64,000 bases of DNA from Balanoglossus misakiensis (taxonomy: Eukaryota > Animalia > Hemichordata), in the NCBI GenBank assembly GCA_040954595.2, contig CM082578.2, positions 14,228,304 to 14,292,303 on the forward strand, given 5' to 3'. Made by a program: the position numbers and the translations under genes. Position 1 is the first letter of the stretch, and every line of letters begins with the position of its first letter. The notes beneath the pieces are model-generated. The model saw nothing but the letters and a program-made list of their open reading frames with translations, did no database searches and was not told where the DNA came from. Shown in pieces: positions 1 to 11,800 of this stretch.

Positions 1-290
1 AAAGATAGGGAGGTTGGTTGGTCAGATAAAATGTGTTTTTGCTTGGGTGTCTCTCAAAATCAGACAAAGGACATTACACTCCATTTCAATAACATTTTGC
101 TCAGAATCACATTTTTGTAGTTGTGTCTACAGTCAATTCATGACTATGCCGGAAATAATTCCCACTATAAATATGTTTAAAATGTAGTGTGCCGTACACA
201 GTCACTCAGTAATTCATCCGAAGTCATATTGTTGTTACTCTCCATTCGCCAGATGGGATGAATTTGAGTTCCAAGTTTTGAATTTTGCAG

Positions 291-1989
291 GAAGAAGACA
301 ACAAACTTCGTGAACAACTCCGTCAAGAATGGGTAGCTAAACAAGAAAAGTTAAAAAGTAAGTGCAATTGACTGTGTTATGATCCAGTTGGACAGAGAAA
401 TCCTTGTTGTCGATCAGATGTAAAGTGCATCATCACATTCTACCCACGATTTTTCTCTACATTTGTTTACAGGTGAAGATGTGGAGATTACGTTCAGTTA
501 TTGGGATGGGTCAGGTCATCGAAGATCTGTTCAGGTGAGAAGATATCACAGTTAATTTAATTATGCGACCATAACAGCAATTCATCAAAAGTGGAATAAG
601 AATAATTCTTTTTTAATGCTTCTCTTCTGCAGATGAAAAAAGGCAGCACCATGCAGTACTTCCTGCAGAAAGCTCTTGAAATGCTTCGGAAAGATTTCCA
701 TGAGCTCAAGTGAGTACAACTGCAATGCTTCAACAGATAGATATTTTTGACCTGTTAATGACTCGCTTCATATTTTGTCCCCAGAACTTCTTTGCACTGT
801 TTCTCGACAATTGCAGTGGTGTTGTTGGCTAGATCTGGAGAGTAAATATGGCTGAGTCAGAACAAGAACAGTCGATGATCATCAGTGATCATATTCATTT
901 TAATTCATTTTTCTGCAGATCAGCAACAGTAGAAAATCTTATGTACATCAAAGAGGATCTGATCATCCCTCATGTAAGTATCAAACCAATTAACTGAAAC
1001 AAAGTTATTCTCTTGGGTATATGGGAGTTCTGTCCAGATTCTGAGCTGATTTGTGTGTGCAGCCTATGGACCCTCAAAAAAGTTGCATTGCACTGCTTTG
1101 CAAGCTCAGTCTGCTTAACTTCTTGTATTCTTATTTTTTATCCAGCATTACAGTTTTTATGACTTCATTGTGACAAAGGCCAGAGGAAAAAGTGGTATGT
1201 ACTGATAGATCTTTGATTTCTTGGCACAGAGCAGTTAACTCATAAAAATCAATTTTATCATTTCCCCAAAAATCAGTCGGTCAGTCAGTCACAGGCGAAA
1301 CAAGAAGGAAGAATTCTCAAGGACTGTACCTAAAATTGCTAAATTCACCATCCCTATGGATGGCATTCTAACCACTGCATAATGATTCTCCCCTATTGTG
1401 TATCACTGCATGCAAAGATTTTACTGTTGCCTTTTTTACCTAGGTCCACTCTTCAGCTTTGATGTCCATGACGATATTAGGATAATCAATGATGCCACAG
1501 TTGAAAAAGACGAGGTGAGCATTTTTACTTCCTGTGCTATTGATCGATCAGGTTTCCTTGGTGTCAACTGTTTGTGGCAAGCAACCCACACATTTGAGAC
1601 ACACTATGTAACGAATCCTCACATATTCATTTTTTTCCTTTCCCAAAGTCTCATGCCGGGAAAGTTGTTTTGAGAAGTTGGTTCGAGAGAAATAAGCACA
1701 TCTTCCCTGCCAGTCGATGGGAACCCTATGATCCAGAAAAGAAGTGGGATAAATACACAGTGAGTCATCCAGTTTGAATTGAAAGATCACATGCTTTACT
1801 TTGCAACTGATTGGTCATGCAGAGAGATTTGTTCAAACAGAACATTGTAACTGGTTTGGGCAGGGGAACTGTGGTAAGATCTTGAAGTTTTACATGTTGG
1901 TCTTGCAACGTAGGACTCATTTATGAAATCACACATAACTCTTCTCATGTTTACTTTTACAGATATCTGATGGAAGAGGAAAGCTCTGA
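291..1989 (+). CDS. FAM50A: FAM50A/XAP5 family nuclear protein, 3' part (5' exons lie upstream of the window)
   Basis: Exons 291-357, 473-534, 633-709, 919-973, 1146-1194, 1444-1514, 1649-1759 and 1963-1989 have GT-AG boundaries and consistent phase. They translate to [59 protein letters not shown]...[38 protein letters not shown]...[29 protein letters not shown], the conserved XAP5 C-terminal domain. Confidence 0.95.
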
Positions 1990-2412
1990 GACTTTTGAGA
2001 ATCTCTCCTGGAAGTCAAAAGTATTCATGCCGTCTTTCAGTGAATTTTCTACGGACGTACCACTCAAAATTACATGATTACATTACACCTGAAATCTTTC
2101 AGATTTTGTGTAGGTGTGTGTGTAAAACTGGGTTTGGCAAGAACAGCCCGCCACCACCATCATCCATCCATGGGTTGATTTCTCTCACTGGGAGCAATCG
2201 TCTTGGTAGCATTTCTACAGGTATAAACAACAGACCCTTTTTAGTCTGAGCACAGAATGGGAAACAAAGGGTATCAACTTTAGAAGGAGGCCATGTATAT
2301 ACAATGTACTTCAGTGTGTGTTCACTGAAGTTGATTTAATTTCTGGTGGTGTGTGCAAGATATAAGTTTACCATGTGTCTTATGTAGTTTTTGACTTTGC
2401 AAAAAAATTATG

Positions 2413-2418
2413 AATAAA
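2413..2418 (+). terminator. Candidate polyadenylation signal (AATAAA) of FAM50A
   Basis: AATAAA about 420 nt after the stop codon, followed by T/GT-rich sequence. Confidence 0.55.
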
Positions 2419-2458
2419 GTTATTACAGTTATGATGCTACATGTTTTCTTGCAATCTT

Positions 2459-2464
2459 TTTATT
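2459..2464 (-). terminator. Candidate polyadenylation signal (AATAAA on the minus strand) of NIT1
   Basis: TTTATT on the plus strand about 115 nt beyond the NIT1 stop codon. Confidence 0.5.
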
Positions 2465-2579
2465 TGTTGATCAGGAGTGCCTACAGTATACTATTAAAAC
2501 CTCAGTCATTTCATTATAAATACAACATCAGTTGCTTCTTGCAACATTCTCCTTTTAAATGTTCGGTGACTATTTTACA

Positions 2580-5500
2580 CTATCCAGTATTTTCAGAGTT
2601 CCTTTCCGCCTTTGCCTGTATTTTCCCATAGAGGTCATATCTCCTGTGATTCCAGCACGGTAGCTGCGTGCGAACTGTCTGTAGGTAGTCCAGATCAATG
2701 TCAGCAACACAGACGTCCACTCCTTCGTGACAACAAGCTATGATACATCCCCAGGGATCAACTACCTGTTAGGTTGAATCAGAAGCATGGACTGTAGAAT
2801 GTTTACTTTGAATGAAAAAATACCAATTTTGTGGAATCTTGCAATGTATAAAACATCCTCTGCAAAGTATGGGTACCTGTAACAGTTAGAAGCTGATGAC
2901 CTGACAGGATTTTCTATCCAGAAACAGACTTGTTGAGTTTTCACGTGAGGGATTTCTACATGTAAATCAATCAAGTTCACATCATGTCAGTGTAACACTG
3001 GCTTTGCACCAAGTGCTTAGAATTTTCTTTGGTACCTGATCTGGGGGAGTACTGGTATTAAACCAATCAGCCAACAATTTCCTTTGATCAGCTGACAATC
3101 AGACTTGGAAATGGAAACTTTCAGACATACGATGCCAAGAACTAAAGTTAAACCTTTTCAACCGCTGACTTGATCTTCAGGATTTCTGTCAGTCAACGTC
3201 ATTAATAAAAGATACCTGTGCAACATGAGCAAATCTCTTCCAAACTGCAGGATTACAGGATTGTGCAATCTGACAACTACCACCATCCTGTCTGTTAAAC
3301 ATCGAAGGAAGGTTGATGACATGTTAGAATAACAGTGTTTCTTTCATAAAGGGGAAGAGGTACAGTCCCCCCTACAGTGGCATCCTGGCTGAAACACTGT
3401 ACTAGTAATAAGATTGCAGATAAAGTACAAATTTCAAGTACACACACCATGGAGTGACCATAGGATGTTCTCTTTTCGTGGTGACGTCCGGTCTGTGCAG
3501 CAGCTATAACATAACACTGCATCTCAATCGCTCGACTTCTCAGAAGAACCTGCAATGGATGGGTGTGAGAAACACTCATCAGACCTCAAAATTTTACTGA
3601 ATAATATGAAATGTATCAGTAGTATCCGATACACTGTGTGCCTCGTAATAGACCAGAAGCACAGTGCATAAAACTGAGAATATCTCATTCCACAAATGGA
3701 TAGGACAGACAGATGATAGAATACTTGACATTTAGTGTACATACACAGATGTAGTTTCAGGTACAAATGATACAAGACCTGTAATGTATCATGCATTGCA
3801 ATGAAAAGCAGGGACATCAACACCTAGGCTATCAGAACCACAGAAGACAAGTGTCTCACCTCCCAATGAGCTGCACCTGTTGTTGCAGTGAATGCTGAAG
3901 GGTAGGTCAGTATCTGTGCACCCTGGTGTGCTAGGGCTATCGACATCTCAGGAAAACGTAAATCATAACACTATTTTCAGTTCAGGAAATAAAACAATCA
4001 TGACAGTGCAAATGGGTAGAATTATTGATTCATTGTTTTTATCTGACTGCCCATCAATACTCAAAGCAACATGTGTACATAAACAGCTTTCAAAGGATAC
4101 AGTTGCCAGACCAATTTTTCCCACTGGAGTGTCCACTGGTGGAATAATTTCATCGCCTGGAATGGTGAAATCACTTTCTTTGAGTCTGACTTGTCCTTTG
4201 ATGTCAATGTCAAATAAATGTGTTTTATTGTAGACGGCAACAATGTCCCCATGACTATTCACTACAATATGAGAATTGTACAGTCGTTGACTGTCTGCAT
4301 TTTCATCCTGAAACGACATGAGACAAAACATTCAGTGTTCATGATGTGTTTGTTTTTCATTTCTTCATTTTTGATACTTTACACAGAGCATTTGAGTGAA
4401 CTAAAACTACAGTGTTGTATATCATAATTTTACAACTCACTGTTGCAATATATTTACCAAAATAACACATCTTTCTTACCAATTTCACAACTTTTAACCA
4501 TAATTTCAACCTTGCTCTTGCATTTGGTTTCATTACTTTACCTGCGGCATTTATTTCACAATGGTTTGATGTTACTGTTTTTAATTAATCACATTATGCA
4601 AGAGAACACTTTTTTAATTTCCATTTTACAAATGCTCTCTAGAGGGCGGCCTGCAAGACAAGTAAAAGTTGAAATTATTTAATATAAACTCTTACTTTGT
4701 GATGCATCCCACCAAGGGACAACCACATGTCATTTTGTTTGGCCAATGCTTTCATGGTTTGCATGATATGTCCATCTAAGGTTTCTGCAAGCTTCATAGT
4801 TTTCTCTCGACTGTCACCAACATAGTCAAAACATTCTGGAAAGAAGGCCATCTAAAAGAGGAAATAAAAAATAAAGGGGAACATCTTCAACTCTCATGTC
4901 CATGCCCACCTCATGTACAATTTACACATATTTCTTTTAGTCAATGTCTGCTGACCATGACTCGACATTATGTATACCTCTAGCAGATGAAAAATAACTT
5001 TTATACATAAAAACAAAGCTAAATGGTACATGTACCTGCATTCTATTATTAGCTTGTGACTATGATATCATTACTATAAATAATGCAAACAATCCTTTTC
5101 ACAGATGGACACCATGGGATATTTTCAATTTTTCGTTTGATTTTTATACATTTGAGTATAAAAATGCTATTAAACATTTTTCATGGTGCAGGTACACTGC
5201 ATTCTTTAGTTGTGGTCGTTCATGGTTCTAGACAAGCTCTGTCTCACCTTGGCACCTTTCTGCTTAGCCTCAGTGATCAACTCCCTGCAGGTTTGTAAAT
5301 TGGCATCTTTGTCAGCCTTACAGTTCAACTGACACACAGCTATGGTGTTCCTATTAGCAGACATCACTGACATCTTAACAACACTATTTGAAAACAGCCT
5401 CCGTGTGAGGCTGATACTAGCTCTAATTCCTACTTGCAGAGTGAGACACCGGTGATACATCAAAACGTCAGCGTCTGTCATTGTAAAAAAAATGAACAAA

Positions 5501-5621
5501 AGCGTTATTATCTATTTATCAAACATGACATGACTATTTCATGTTATTCGGGCAAACAAAGTACATTATAACCTGAGCATCCATGAAGTATTGACCGAAA
5601 AAGAGCTGAACAGCACACCAT
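2580..5621 (-). CDS. NIT1: Nitrilase-like protein 1 (deaminated glutathione amidase), about 330 aa
   Basis: Minus-strand exons 5621-5573, 5429-5248, 4851-4696, 4307-4101, 3970-3860, 3549-3448 and 2765-2580 (993 nt). Motifs include [14 protein letters not shown] (catalytic Glu), YNKTHLFD (catalytic Lys), CYDLRFPE (catalytic Cys), [36 protein letters not shown] and HRRYDLYG. Exon 1 is less certain because its donor (gttata) is weak. Confidence 0.92.
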
Positions 5622-5818
5622 ATAGACCCAGGCACTTCTCGGAGGTGGGGTTACCCAAGGTCAGTAGCTGTAACCTTTGACCTTTGTGACCTCGTACTTT
5701 CAGGTCGCGTGCATTTAAATCGAAGTCGAGGCTGTCGTCGTTGTTTATAAATGGCCGCCGCCTGTTCCGAATTTAAAAGGTTGATCACCCGTCTCATCAC
5801 GGTTCATTTGCGGCCACA
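5622..5818. promoter_or_regulatory. Bidirectional promoter between NIT1 (-) and the ANKRD26-like gene (+)
   Basis: 197 bp separate the two divergent predicted ATGs. The stretch is CpG-rich relative to the window and holds a YY1-like AAATGGCCGCC (about 5749-5759) and repeated TGACCT nuclear-receptor half-sites (about 5671-5692). Confidence 0.65.
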
Positions 5819-8800
5819 ATGAAGAAGTTCTTGCGATCGAGTTTGCGGAAAAAATCACCATCACCAGACCGCAAGGAGTCGACAGATAACCGATCATCGG
5901 GATATGATTTGAAGGAAAAAGAGTTACCCAAGCTGCACAAGGCAGCTTGGAACGGCGATCTCAGCAAAGTGAAACAACTCGCCAAAAAGGGGGATTTAAA
6001 TCAACTCGATAAAGCAAACAGGTAACGCTCACTTGCGATGTATAAACAGATCCACGCGTGGTAAGCCGCACATGATGTAACATTTGAAACAGTAGCCTTT
6101 TCGCCAAGATTGGTTATTTCCCCGCAGTTATGTCAACAACTGACTGCGGCTGTCGCCCGGAAGCTGTCGCCAGTGTCGGTCACTTTATTAAAATAATTTG
6201 AATCATTCCTGATCAGCGACCATTCACAGGGATCAGATGTGAAATGAGAGGCCAGTCTTAATTTTCTATTGATTGTACCACGCAGTATACACAGGAACAG
6301 CTGATGTCGCTGTCCCCATACATGTTCATGGTCAGTCACTTGTCCAGAGCAGCTGTCTAATTAGTATGCATTGCCATGACAACCACAAACGCACAAAATC
6401 GCCATTGCAACTGTCGAAACTTGAAGATTGCGTAACGTTAACAATCGCGTATATTATTAAAATTTGTACTGTTAAAACGAATGAATGGATTGATGGATGG
6501 ATGGATGAATGAATGAATGGGTCAATCAATCCACCAATCAACCAGTTAAATTAAATTTAAATTAAATTAACCCCGCAGTAATGTTAAAAATATTATTGAT
6601 TATATTATTTTGTACAAATTGATTTAATTTTTGATTTAATTTTTGTGTGAGCTAGTATTGGACATGATGTATGAAATGCTAGAGTTCATAGGTTTATTCA
6701 ATGTCTTTTCTTGGTGTGTTGAAAGATATCTCCATTATGTTTGTTTTTTGAGTGGGGAGGGTTTAAATTCTTATTTTGGTGTGCTATTGTACACACATTT
6801 TTGTTTACCAAACATGTTACAACTTGACATCAACCCAGTGCGTAGCACTACCATACAGTAGTGAGGGAATATTACAAGTCAATTCTGATGTCTGTTTTAG
6901 GTCCATTTCTGCAGGTATAACTCTCAATATCATATACCTTATTCTGACCATGATATCTCCACAAATGGACCATGTTTTAATGCAAATATTCCTGACAGAT
7001 TCTGTCACTACAGTGATGACCAATGTACAACATCGGTATTTATCTGTGCTACCTGGAATGTAGGACTGCCTTTTTAGCCCATTGACCCAGAGTTTGGAAT
7101 AGTGCCAACTTCTTGTTCTAAATCACAAAGTAGATATTGCAGTCCATAAACAAGTTAGACCCTTGTGGCAGAGTCTAAGCATATCCATTAAAACGATGAT
7201 CCTAGGTTGCGTCTTTGCATTGTTGCCGGCTATGTGCATGAGTGATAGAAGAAAAAAAGAATGCAAAGAACGCATTGTCAATCAGTATCACTACAGATCA
7301 TGTCTTTTTTTCTCTCCCTCTCTTTCAGAACACCAATGCATTTAGCATGTGCTCATGGTCAGTTTGATGTTGTGCAGTTCTTGATTCTGAATAAAGCCAA
7401 ACTGAACATCTGTGATAATGAACAGCATTCTCCTCTTATGAAGGTGAGACATTTATGATCTGCCAGTAGTTTAGAATCTGCCAAATAAACAGGTCTACTC
7501 TGGGATCTCAAAAATGAAAATAAAATATGCACTGTCAATGGTAAACAGAAGCAAGCATTTATTTACCATAGCAGTGTACATTTAAAAAAAAAACTGTAAC
7601 TGTAGAGGAACTTTGGAACTGTTTTCATTGTTGATGTACTGGTTTCAAAAGTCATCCCTAAATTGAAATCTATGGCTGATCTGTATATGCCTGTCAAAGT
7701 TCAATGAAGTACCATATGTCAGCAGTGTAACAGTTGGTGCAGAATGTGTGAAAGGTATAATAACCATCAAAAACGAGTACATCCATAATCGCTGCACAAT
7801 GGAAATTGCAGTGAACTAAAGTGTACATTACTTAATCCACCTACTTGCACTCCATAACATGAGCAGACAATGATCAAATGGAATTATGAAAATCAGCCAT
7901 CGGCACAACTGACTATATAGACCTCATTTCCTTGTCTACATTTTAGGCTGTTCAAGGAGACCATGTCAGTTGTATCAAACTACTGCTGGAACACAGTGCA
8001 GATGCCAATCAAGTGGACATCAATGGCATGACAGCACTACATCTTGCGGCACATACTGGATCCGGTGATGCTGTTGCGTTGCTCTTAGATTATGGTGCTA
8101 TGGTCAATGCAACAAACAAGGTAATTCATGGTGATTGTAATGAATCTAAAATTTTGAACAATGTGTATGTGGCATGCGTTATACTCATATTGTGATCTAT
8201 TTGTTGCGTTTGACAGGATGGTTGTACACCATTACATCTAGCCACTGTGGTGGCCAGTGATGATGTGGTAGAGTTACTCCTGAACAAAGGAGCAGATGTC
8301 AACGCCACTGATAAGGATCAACGGTAAGTTCCTCTTTCTGTGCTTTCATTTTCTCAGCGTCTCACTGGTGGAGTCAGTCGCTCAGTAATTCAATTGAGAA
8401 CAGAGATTCAGATGATTATAGCATATATACCACAAGACATATACAGCACAATTCACAACATGCACACGAGCCACAGGCAAGTGCATATATCAAAATGTAC
8501 AATGACTGCCAATCAGCGTCATACCCAGTATCATTTTATTTAAAGTTAAAGCACCATGATGGGGTTTTTTTTAATGATGCAGAACCCCATTGATGTACGC
8601 CTGTGACGCCGATCAGATTGGTATCGTCAAGTTACTTCTGGAGAGTAAAGCTGACACTGAGATCAAAGACACCAAAGGTTGGACCGCAGCTGATCATGCT
8701 GTTATGAACGCTCATCATGGGTAAGAGATATGCTTCATGTCAAGGGGATACAACAGGGCACTGGTGTATAATTTCACTGCAGTAGATCAGTATAACTACT

Positions 8801-11800
8801 TGAGACTTCTAGATTTCTAACACAGATAATAATTCGTATGCAGATGTTCACATCTCATCAATGAACACAGTGCAGCACATCGGGCAAGGCCAGCCAGCAG
8901 ACAAGGTGGTATGTTCAGAGCTCCTGGTACACCTGCTGCCCCAGGTGCAGAGACGGCGAATGTGGGATATGGTCTGGGAAACCCTGCAGCTGACTATACA
9001 GGTAAGAATTATTTTGTTGACAATCAAAATAATTAATAACTATGTCATGCAAAATTCAAAGAAATCAGTGTTGCCAGCTCTTTCTTACCATTACAGCATA
9101 TTCACACAACTAATCTTTTAATTTCCTATTGCTATTCACCATCATTGATTCTACATTTCCTCATCAGATGAAGTCTTGTCACAAGAAGAAGAAAGCAATC
9201 AGTAAGTGGACATTCTTGCTGTCAAATTTTCAATTGATGTGATGCAATAGAATTTTCCATTCTTTGTATAGTACACTTTCAGGAACTGTAAGCTTCACAC
9301 ATGTTTCATTTCTTGACATTGCCAGGTACAGCTATTCACACTCGCCACCACCCGGTGATTCGTGGGCCGATACATCTGAAGCTGATGATACCACGTTTGG
9401 GGCACCCAATGCAACTAAGGTAAGATTTCTAATTCTGATTACATCAGTGCTGGGTGTGGCACATTAAACCGTAATGAAGAATATTAAAAGGCTGTTAAGG
9501 TGTTCCTTGAAATCAAGAAGCATTGTAAATACACAATTTGTTTGACAGCAACAAGAAGTCACTGAAGAAGTCACCTGATATGAAAGTTGTATTCTGTAAT
9601 AAATGTATGTTTTGTATTTCAACCAACACAGGGTGCTGTGGGAGTCAATCTGGCCAAGTTTGTACCAGCGTCTGATACAGAATCAAACAAGAGTGCTCCT
9701 GTTGGTAAGTGGAATCTTTCACCCCCTCAGCAAATGCCATGCTCCAGCCATGGATATTGAAATGGATCTTGAAACTGAAACTGTTTTGTCTCATCAGCAG
9801 GAAAGAGCAAAATACCACGAGCAGTGTCTAAAGAGAGTCTGAACAACATCGAAAAGAAACAGCCCTCACCAATAGATGCTGGGGACAGTAAAATTCCCAG
9901 ACTACAGAAAAACGCAGGTGGGAACAGTCCAGCCACAACGCCCCGCAATGAAAATGCTGCAATGACTCACAGTGACGCTGCACAGACACCGCGGAGTACG
10001 GCCGATACTGAGGTGAGTTGTGTCTGCAAGACCCCCCACCCCCCACCCCCACCCCACCCCGCAAACCCTGTTGAAAGAGTAGGGTGAGTGTAATGTGGTA
10101 CGGGCTTGTAATGGTTTATGTGTTTGGGATAATTGAGTGCGTACTGGTGACCTAATATTTTGTCGAATGTATTTAGTTTGGTGTTCACAGGTGACTAGAA
10201 TTTCTGGAATACGGTATGGGTTGTATTGTTTGGTGTTGTGAGTTTTAATATGGGCTTGTATGGTTTAGTAGTGTGATATGGTTTGGATTTGAAATGGATG
10301 TTATTAAAATGGGGGTTATTGGGTCTACCGGTATACTAAACACAGAAGGGATATATGGGAGTGTAGGTGCTGGGATAGTGGTTTAATAGGCATCGTCATG
10401 TATTTAGTTTATGTATAATGTTGAACTTCAATACACTCTTTACAAGTTCACATGTGATTGTAGTCCCTGGCTTTTACCTGCTCGGTAGTAACTCTTTACC
10501 AAAAAACTTCTGCCAGCTTTGTATGAAATGCCAATCATTGTAAAGTTTTCAAAATAATCTGCGTATATTCTGCTTTGGCAATCCCACAACTTTTATAAAT
10601 GTGCAAATTCACAACTGCAAACAAACTACTAACACATTTTTAAATGTATTTTATTGACCTAACTCTAAATATATTTAAATAATAACACATGATAGCGAGG
10701 GCAATATCACGATTTGAAGCCTGCACGAGGGATGGTGATCTCTGACTACAATATTGATGATGCCCGAGCCGCAGGCGAGGGTATCATCAATATTGTGGTC
10801 AGAGATCACCAGCCCGAGGGCAGGCTTCAAATCGTGATGTTGCCCGAGCATCATGTGTTATTAATTTTATTACGCCGAACATTTGAACGTACATACAAGG
10901 CAGGCATAGAAGAACGTAGACGCGCGTCCATATGTCGTACGTTGCTGAGAATGTAAAATGTCTCGATCTCCCAAGAATTATACGATACCTACTTCGAACT
11001 TAGATTATTTGGAAAATACTGCACTGTTGGTTGCGATTTTGTTGTATTTACTGTCCGTTTGTGGTAAAATATCGTCCAGTTGAACAGGTGTTAAGCCTAT
11101 GTGTCGCTTTGAAGCCATAGATGCGGGAGTTGACTGATCGTGGAGGAAGCCATTGAACGACAGTTTGGAACGCGCAGAAGTCGCGCGCAGAAGTCGCGCG
11201 CAGAACACAAAACAACCCAGCGGGCAATATCAGCGCACGCGACAGGGCTTTATCAACTCTAGCCATGTTATATCACTTTTTTTTCTATATCACGTGAGCG
11301 CGTCTCAGCCAATCACGAATATGGTATAATACGTGAGGTGTAATAATTAAATACTAACATATGTGTGACTGCTTAGCCCTAACTGTATGATTTTATTTTT
11401 ATATTTTTATTTCTGTATGATTAAAGGCTGATAGTAATTTTGACTTTTCTGATGATGATGATGATGTACTGGCAGATCTCTCTGCACACAGTGACTCGCC
11501 CGTCCAATCTTCTGTCCAGGTTTGTCTTCCATCTCCAAATTTCGTCAGTCATCCTTTTGCACTTGAACTGCAGTCAGGCATATGAATGTGTGTGAAACCC
11601 CATCACATGTTGAGCATCCAAATCAAGCATATGTGTCTCCAAATGTCATCCTGTCTGAACCCACAGAATTGTATGTTGTGTGATTTTGTTTTTTTTTATG
11701 CAGTTTCATTTTCACTCTCATTTTGAATGCCACATTCAGATAACTGAAATTTATGTGTGAATGTTTGTTGGGAATATAACCCCTTATGCGTCTGCTATGC

